Below are positions 40,291-44,996 of a stretch of 44,996 nt of DNA, one piece after another. The DNA is from an uncultured bacterium (GTDB lineage Bacteria; T1Sed10-126; CAZEBV01): positions 1-44,996 of the forward strand of contig CAZEBV010000001.1 of NCBI GenBank assembly GCA_964510695.1, in the 5' to 3' direction. The first letter of the stretch is position 1. Each line of letters starts with the position of its first letter. The notes beneath the pieces are model-generated. The model was not told the DNA's origin. It did no database searches and saw only the letters and a program-made list of their open reading frames with translations. The translations under genes and the position numbers were made by a program.

Positions 40291-41853
40291 TCAGAACGCC
40301 CCCGCCAGTGAACTGCCCCAGCGATCCTCGAGCTCATCGGCCAGGTCCTCGGCCAGGCTGCGGCTTTCCTCGGGGGTCCGCTGCCCGTTGGAGCGGTCCT
40401 CGACGGTGATGTTGAAGGTCGGGGATCCGCCCAGACCAACATCGCCCGAGGTCTCCTGCAGGATCTCCCGGGTTTCCGTGGATCGGCTGACCGACTCCCG
40501 CTGCTGAATGCTGCGGATCGTCTTGGAGGCCGCGGTGGACGTGCCATCGGAGGCGCCGTCGGTGGCGAACGAGAGCATCCCCTGGAACACGCTCTCGCCC
40601 AGGCCGGTCGAGAAAAACGACGCCACGGTCTCAAGGGGCAAGAAATCCAGGGACAAAAGGCGATCAAGCGTGGTGAGCCAGCCGCCCGTCCACTCATCGA
40701 GGTCCTGAAATAGACCCCCCCAGTCGACCAGTAGCGGCTTCCCGGTGATGAGCCAGCTGATGAGGTCGGCCGCCGCGGGGATGAGAAGGAAAAGGGCCGC
40801 CGCCCATCCCAGCGAGACCCCACTGACGGCCCCCAGCGCGGTGGTCACGGAGCCGATGGCGCTGGGCAAATAGGCGATGATGGAAACAACGGCCGCTGAG
40901 ATGCCGGCGAGGGACGCCATGTTGCCCGCAGCGGTCACGGTCTCGGGGTTTTGCTCGCTGAGCGACGAAAGCCAGGAGCGCCCGGCCTCCGTGGATCGCT
41001 TGTAGGCTTCCGAGACGTCCCGTCCGAGCAGGCCCGCGAACCGCTGAAAGGCGTTGTTGGCCGCCTGGGTCCGTCCGGTCACGGTCCCCTGGATCTCAGC
41101 GGCGGCGCGGCGCCGGTTGTTCGCCTCGATCCGGATGGCGTTGGCCAGGGCCTGCCGGGCGATCGACTCGTCCATCTCGTCGTTAAAATCCTGGAGGGTA
41201 TTGACGTTCAGCCCCAGCGCCTGAGCCTGCTCGAGGAAAACCTCCTTGCTGATCGGCCCGGCGTTGATGATTTCCTCAAAGCCGCCCACGGCCTCTTTCA
41301 GCGGGTCTCCGAACCGGTCGAAGACCGTCATCAGGTCGTCTTCCATCGTGGTGGCGATCGTGGCGAGGGCGGGCGTGACCTGCTCGATCGTCTGGACCGG
41401 GATCCCCCGGGAAAGAAGCTCCGCCTGCCCTCGCAGGGCCTGCTCGGCCGAGACGTAGTCGTCGGTGATCTGGCTGACCCGTTCCGCCTGGGTCACCAGC
41501 TCATCGCCGAGGCGCCCCCCGAGGGCGCTCACCCGCGTTTCGGCCTCCTCGAGCTGGGCCCGCTGGGTCACCGCGAAGGTCTGTGCCGCCGCAACGCCGG
41601 CGAATAACCCGCCAGAAACCGTCCCGATGGTCTGCAGCTGGCCCTCGAGGTCGCCAAGCGAGGCGGCGGTGTCCTGAAAGGCCCGCTCACCGCGTTCGCC
41701 GGCCTGCTCCATCTCCCCGCCGGCTTCTTCGGCCTCGTCTCCCATCTCCTGCGCGGATCCGGCGGTTCGTTCGATTTCCTCGTCCAGGTCCCGGACCTGC
41801 TTTTCGCCGTCGACGTCGAAGAAGATGGCGACCGTCGTGTCTCTCAGCGCCAT
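40291..41853 (-). CDS. Tail tape measure protein
   Basis: 520 aa, Ala/Gly/Leu-rich helical sequence with hydrophobic segments. Sits after the chaperone pair. Confidence 0.8.
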   Translation of the reverse strand: MALRDTTVAIFFDVDGEKQVRDLDEEIERTAGSAQEMGDEAEEAGGEMEQAGERGERAFQDTAASLGDLEGQLQTIGTVSGGLFAGVAAAQTFAVTQRAQLEEAETRVSALGGRLGDELVTQAERVSQITDDYVSAEQALRGQAELLSRGIPVQTIEQVTPALATIATTMEDDLMTVFDRFGDPLKEAVGGFEEIINAGPISKEVFLEQAQALGLNVNTLQDFNDEMDESIARQALANAIRIEANNRRRAAAEIQGTVTGRTQAANNAFQRFAGLLGRDVSEAYKRSTEAGRSWLSSLSEQNPETVTAAGNMASLAGISAAVVSIIAYLPSAIGSVTTALGAVSGVSLGWAAALFLLIPAAADLISWLITGKPLLVDWGGLFQDLDEWTGGWLTTLDRLLSLDFLPLETVASFFSTGLGESVFQGMLSFATDGASDGTSTAASKTIRSIQQRESVSRSTETREILQETSGDVGLGGSPTFNITVEDRSNGQRTPEESRSLAEDLADELEDRWGSSLAGAF

Positions 41854-41860
41854 GGCTGGC

Positions 41861-42100
41861 TCATCCCTCGGCGATCTGTTTTAGAACGGCCTGCACCGAC
41901 TCCGTCTCGAGAAAGTGGTCAATCACCACGTTCGCCCGCACGATCTCCTTAAGAGAGGCCCCGCCGGGGGCGGTGATACGCTCCCCGTCGATGAGTCCGA
42001 AAAGCGCCGGTCTGTAAAGCCGATACCAGGCCTGCTTTTCCTTCCGGAGTTCCCTTCGGAGTCGGTCTACCCCCTCCCGCTGTTCCCTTGCATCAAAGGG
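41861..42100 (-). CDS. -1 frame extension of the tail assembly chaperone (G-T type product)
   Basis: The frame is open from 42178. It is entered from 42067..42405 by a -1 slip at C_CCT_TTG (42100..42094). Confidence 0.5.
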   Translation of the reverse strand, partial: PFDAREQREGVDRLRRELRKEKQAWYRLYRPALFGLIDGERITAPGGASLKEIVRANVVIDHFLETESVQAVLKQIAEG

Positions 42101-42405
42101 CGAAGGAAGTGCGTCCCCACGAACGTCTGGATGAAGTTGTAGTACTCCCAAGACTCATCGTCGTTCGCGCCACGTAAATCAGGTGTGTCGTTCTCAGGGC
42201 CCTCCCTGGGCACCACGAGCTGGTCGTAAAGATCCTGCACCAGCGCCGCCGTCTGAAGGCCTCCCCCGGGCCCCCGGTGCTGGTCCAGTCGCTCGTGAAG
42301 CCACCCGGGCGAGGGCCGCTGTATCTGGTAGGTGCTGCCCTTCCAGTCGAACTCGTAGGGCCACTCGTCGACCTGCTCGGGTACAGTCGGAAGCTCATCC
42401 GCCAT
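42067..42405 (-). CDS. Tail assembly chaperone (gpG-like)
   Basis: 112 aa between the tube-proximal genes and the tape measure. An overlapping -1 ORF follows. Confidence 0.6.
   Translation of the reverse strand: MADELPTVPEQVDEWPYEFDWKGSTYQIQRPSPGWLHERLDQHRGPGGGLQTAALVQDLYDQLVVPREGPENDTPDLRGANDDESWEYYNFIQTFVGTHFLRPLMQGNSGRG
42094..42100 (-). promoter_or_regulatory. Candidate -1 ribosomal frameshift heptamer CCCTTTG
   Basis: X_XXY_YYZ in the zero frame (cgC CCT TTG). The -1 frame then reads CCC TTT GAT and continues for 79 codons. Confidence 0.45.
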
Positions 42406-42441
42406 GAGAAGAACCTCCAGGGGAAAGTAGGGGTGGGTGGA

Positions 42442-42789
42442 TCAGTAGTCCTGGACCCGGTAGCCGAAAAGGGTGACGCGCCCGAGGTTGTCCGCGGCGC
42501 CGGAGGCCTCCAGCTGGGCGCTGGGGTCCTCGCCCTTGGGCACTTCGACCGGGCACGGGAAGGCCACGTGCTCGAAGTCGGTGATTTCGTGCTCCCAGAG
42601 CGTCGTGCCCGACGCCGTGACGATCGAAAGGGTGCCGGTGGCCCCGGCCGAGTAGGAGGCGGTGAAGGCGGTGACGTAGAAGGTCTCATCCTCGGCGACG
42701 CTGAAGGGCCCGGCCTCGGCCTGGGCGTTGTTCGCCTCATCGTGGCGCGGTTCGTCAGAGATGCGATCGTATCGGGTGCCCTGGGACAT
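42442..42789 (-). CDS. Hypothetical tail-module protein
   Basis: 115 aa, beta-rich, between the tube and chaperone genes. Confidence 0.5.
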   Translation of the reverse strand: MSQGTRYDRISDEPRHDEANNAQAEAGPFSVAEDETFYVTAFTASYSAGATGTLSIVTASGTTLWEHEITDFEHVAFPCPVEVPKGEDPSAQLEASGAADNLGRVTLFGYRVQDY

Positions 42790-42805
42790 CGGCGGTCAGC
42801 CTCCG

Positions 42806-43204
42806 TTAGGCCGGCTCGATCTTCGTGGCCTTCAGCACGACTTCCTGGGTCTCGTGGTCGGCGCCGCGGGTGAAGTCGGGAAGCTCCACGGACGCATCCC
42901 GACCGACCCGGCCGCTGGGGCGCCCCGGGGAGAGGTCGTTGACGCTGACGGGCACCTGGGCGCCGGATTTGTTCAGGCCGACCAGGTAGGCCAGGGACGG
43001 GCTGTCCTGCTTGAGGGTGAGGCTGATCTCGCCGGTTTTGTTGTGGGACTGTACGCGGGTGACGTCCTCGCCGTAGGCGTCGGGGACGTTCTCCCACTCC
43101 TCCTCGTTTCGGACGACCTCCACGAAGGAGCCCTCGGCGAATCCGGTGATGCGCTGGCCCCCGACGGTCACGACGACCTGGTCGGGACGGTATTTTTTGC
43201 TCAT
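42806..43204 (-). CDS. Tail tube protein
   Basis: 132 aa directly after the sheath gene. VVVTVGGQRITGFAEGSFVEV...GEISLTLKQDSPS resembles DUF3277/XkdM-type tube proteins. Confidence 0.7.
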   Translation of the reverse strand: MSKKYRPDQVVVTVGGQRITGFAEGSFVEVVRNEEEWENVPDAYGEDVTRVQSHNKTGEISLTLKQDSPSLAYLVGLNKSGAQVPVSVNDLSPGRPSGRVGRDASVELPDFTRGADHETQEVVLKATKIEPA

Positions 43205-43220
43205 GAATCAACCCTCCTCA

Positions 43221-44312
43221 TCAGGCTCGAAGGACGACGGTGTAGTCGACCTGGTCCACGGCGCCGGCGAGCCGGGTGTTGATCTCGACGTCCGGAAGCA
43301 CCCGGTTGGTGCGATCGCTCTCCGAGATGTCCGCGATGTCGGGGATGTTGATGGAGTAGTCGGGAATGCCCTCCGCGTCCCGGGCCACCAGATGCTCCTC
43401 GACGCCCTCCTGGAGAACATCCTCGATGGTCTGGCGGACCTGCTCGGCGCCCTGGGCGGTGTAGGGGATCTTGTCCTGGGCCAGGGCGACGGAGAAAAAC
43501 GACTCGGTGAACCGGGCGTTCATCCACAGCTTGATGATGGCGATGTCGGCGTAGCCGCCCGTGGGCTCGAAGCCCTGGGACGTCTGGGGCTCGCCCAGCT
43601 TCGACAGATAGACGGCCCCGTTTGCCCCCTCGATCGTGCTGATTTCCGTGGCCGTGTAGTCGCTGGCCCCCACGCCCTCCAGCTGCTGGAACTTGAAGTT
43701 GAGGGAGCCGGGAAAGTTGCTGGCCAGACGCCCGGCCATCGCGGCGTCCACCGGCCGGTCGATCGAGTCCAGGCTAGCCCCCGCGTTCTCGAAGGCCAGA
43801 AAATAAAGCTGGTCGAACTGGAGGTTGTTGTTCAGGTCGGACTCGATGCTGGTGGCGGTCTCGCCGGCGTTCGAGGTCGCCAGGAAGAAACGGTCGTTGC
43901 TGTCGCACCATCCGGCCACGTCGGCCCGGTCGCCCGCCACGCCTTCGGGCGTGGACCCGGTGCCCTCCCGGCTGGTCATGCACACGTAGAAGAAATCCTC
44001 GCCGGCGATGTTGTCCAGGGCCGTCGAAAGTTCCCCGTTGGAGGGCGCCCGCCCGCTGACCTTCAGCACGGCCACCCGGGAGGCCCCGTTCGAGAACATG
44101 TACTCCGCCCAGCGGACGATGCGGGGGTTGTTCGTGCGATCGTAGGCCGCCGTGAGGGCGGTCACGCTGTTGTAGACGTTGTATTCGTCGGTGGGACCGT
44201 TGCCGGTGCCGCCCTGACCCACGATCAGGGGGATGCGGAAGTTCGCCTGCCCGATCGGGATCTGGTTCTGCTCGAACTCGATGACGACATCGTCGGAGGC
44301 CTGGGAGCTCAC
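43221..44312 (-). CDS. Contractile tail sheath protein
   Basis: 363 aa. Size, position upstream of the tube, and sequence character (PLIVGQGG.., FFYVCMTS.., ADIAIIKLWM) fit small sheath proteins. Confidence 0.75.
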   Translation of the reverse strand: MSSQASDDVVIEFEQNQIPIGQANFRIPLIVGQGGTGNGPTDEYNVYNSVTALTAAYDRTNNPRIVRWAEYMFSNGASRVAVLKVSGRAPSNGELSTALDNIAGEDFFYVCMTSREGTGSTPEGVAGDRADVAGWCDSNDRFFLATSNAGETATSIESDLNNNLQFDQLYFLAFENAGASLDSIDRPVDAAMAGRLASNFPGSLNFKFQQLEGVGASDYTATEISTIEGANGAVYLSKLGEPQTSQGFEPTGGYADIAIIKLWMNARFTESFFSVALAQDKIPYTAQGAEQVRQTIEDVLQEGVEEHLVARDAEGIPDYSINIPDIADISESDRTNRVLPDVEINTRLAGAVDQVDYTVVLRA

Positions 44313-44317
44313 TCAGA

Positions 44318-44716
44318 TCAACCCTCCTCGAGGGCTTCGCGCCGCCGTTGGACGGCGTTCAGAACGGAGTCCCGATCGCTTTTCTGCTCGATCGTGTCCA
44401 GGGCGTCGTCGTGCTCCCCGTTTTCGATCTGTTTCACCGCTGTCTGCCACGGTAACGAGTCCACGGGGTTGGCGCTATCATATCCGCCCTCATCCTCCTC
44501 GGAGCGGGCCCCTCGGCGCTCCTCGAGGGCGTCCTCGAACCAGTCCGTCGGCTCAGAGACCTCAAGGACCTCGGCCCGATCGTCCAGGATCGCGTCCAGC
44601 ACCCTTGGATCCCGGGCCCGCCGAAGCGTCAGCGTGCGGGTCTGGCCGGCGAGGATGACCTCGCCCGTGGCCATCTGGAGGTCCTCGTCGTCGGTCACGC
44701 TCACTTTGAGCATCAT
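44318..44716 (-). CDS. Hypothetical neck/tail protein
   Basis: 132 aa. ATGA overlap with the upstream gene. Directly upstream of the sheath. Confidence 0.5.
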   Translation of the reverse strand: MMLKVSVTDDEDLQMATGEVILAGQTRTLTLRRARDPRVLDAILDDRAEVLEVSEPTDWFEDALEERRGARSEEDEGGYDSANPVDSLPWQTAVKQIENGEHDDALDTIEQKSDRDSVLNAVQRRREALEEG

Positions 44717-44996
44717 GGCACCGTCTCCCCTGCGGCGATGTCGGACGAATCGGCGAATTCAAGCTGCTCGATCGTCGCCAACGTGTGCGTGTCCCGGAGG
44801 TCCGCCACCAGCTGCACGTCCAAACCCTCAGAGACCTCCCGTTCGCCCTCCAGGTCCTGCCCCGATCGGCCGGTGTCGCTGAAGTCCCGGTAGGTGATGG
44901 CAAGGCCCTGATCGCAGGCCTCCTCGTCGAACCGATACAGCCAGTAGCGCCGCACGTTCCGGGCGATCTCCCCCAGCGGCTGGGTGCCCAGGCCCT
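44713..44996 (-). CDS. C-terminal part of the edge-split neck/tail-completion protein (see 1..268)
   Basis: The frame stays open upstream of the GTG listed at 44955, through to the window end (..GLGTQPLGEIARNVRRYW..). Confidence 0.6.
   Translation of the reverse strand, partial: GLGTQPLGEIARNVRRYWLYRFDEEACDQGLAITYRDFSDTGRSGQDLEGEREVSEGLDVQLVADLRDTHTLATIEQLEFADSSDIAAGETVP

Larger units (their letters stand above)
1..44996. mobile_element. Complete circularly closed genome of a temperate contractile-tailed phage; no host genes in the window
   Basis: Full phage gene set in canonical order. The ORF broken by the window edge rejoins in frame (268..1 plus 44996..44713 = 552 nt = 184 codons). Phage genes lie on both sides of the att-like tRNA fragment. 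Confidence 0.8.

Noticed and set aside
1-44996. CRISPR arrays, diversity-generating retroelements, retrons, insertion sequences and prophage/host junctions.
   Set aside because: I saw no regularly spaced direct repeats, no reverse-transcriptase-like ORF or template/variable repeat pair near the fibre genes, no transposase, and no host-like housekeeping genes. This was manual scanning only, so short or degenerate elements could have been missed.

Overview
The window reads as one complete, circularly closed genome (44,996 bp) of a GC-rich temperate phage with a contractile tail. I see no host genes. Apart from a four-gene integrase cassette on the + strand, essentially all genes are on the - strand and many are chained by ATGA/TGATG/GTGA stop-start overlaps. 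In transcription order: Cro-like HTH, attP, HNH, Exo/RecT/ATPase recombination genes, a replication initiator with an internal origin, nucleases and regulators, ParB, a tailspike module, terminase, portal, capsid and connector genes. The order then wraps across the window edge to sheath, tube, tape measure, baseplate, fibre and lysis genes. A gene cut by the window edge rejoins in frame. attP carries the 3' 50 nt of a tRNA-Gly(GCC). The most interesting signal is an orphan ParB with intact CTPase motifs and no ParA. A parS/KorB-operator-like palindrome, (GA)TTTACGCGCGTAAA(TC), recurs in the tiny gaps between gene modules, and its best copy abuts the parB stop codon. Other signals: lambda-O-style iterons plus an AT-rich tract inside the initiator gene; a recurrent CTTGGGGAGTAGG leader; a -1 frameshift site in the tail chaperone; a consensus promoter with an embedded dyad that attP separates from the early operon; an integrase-linked zinc-ribbon membrane cassette; and a strongly acidic proteome that may point to a halophilic host. 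All family calls come from motif recognition by eye. No searches were run.
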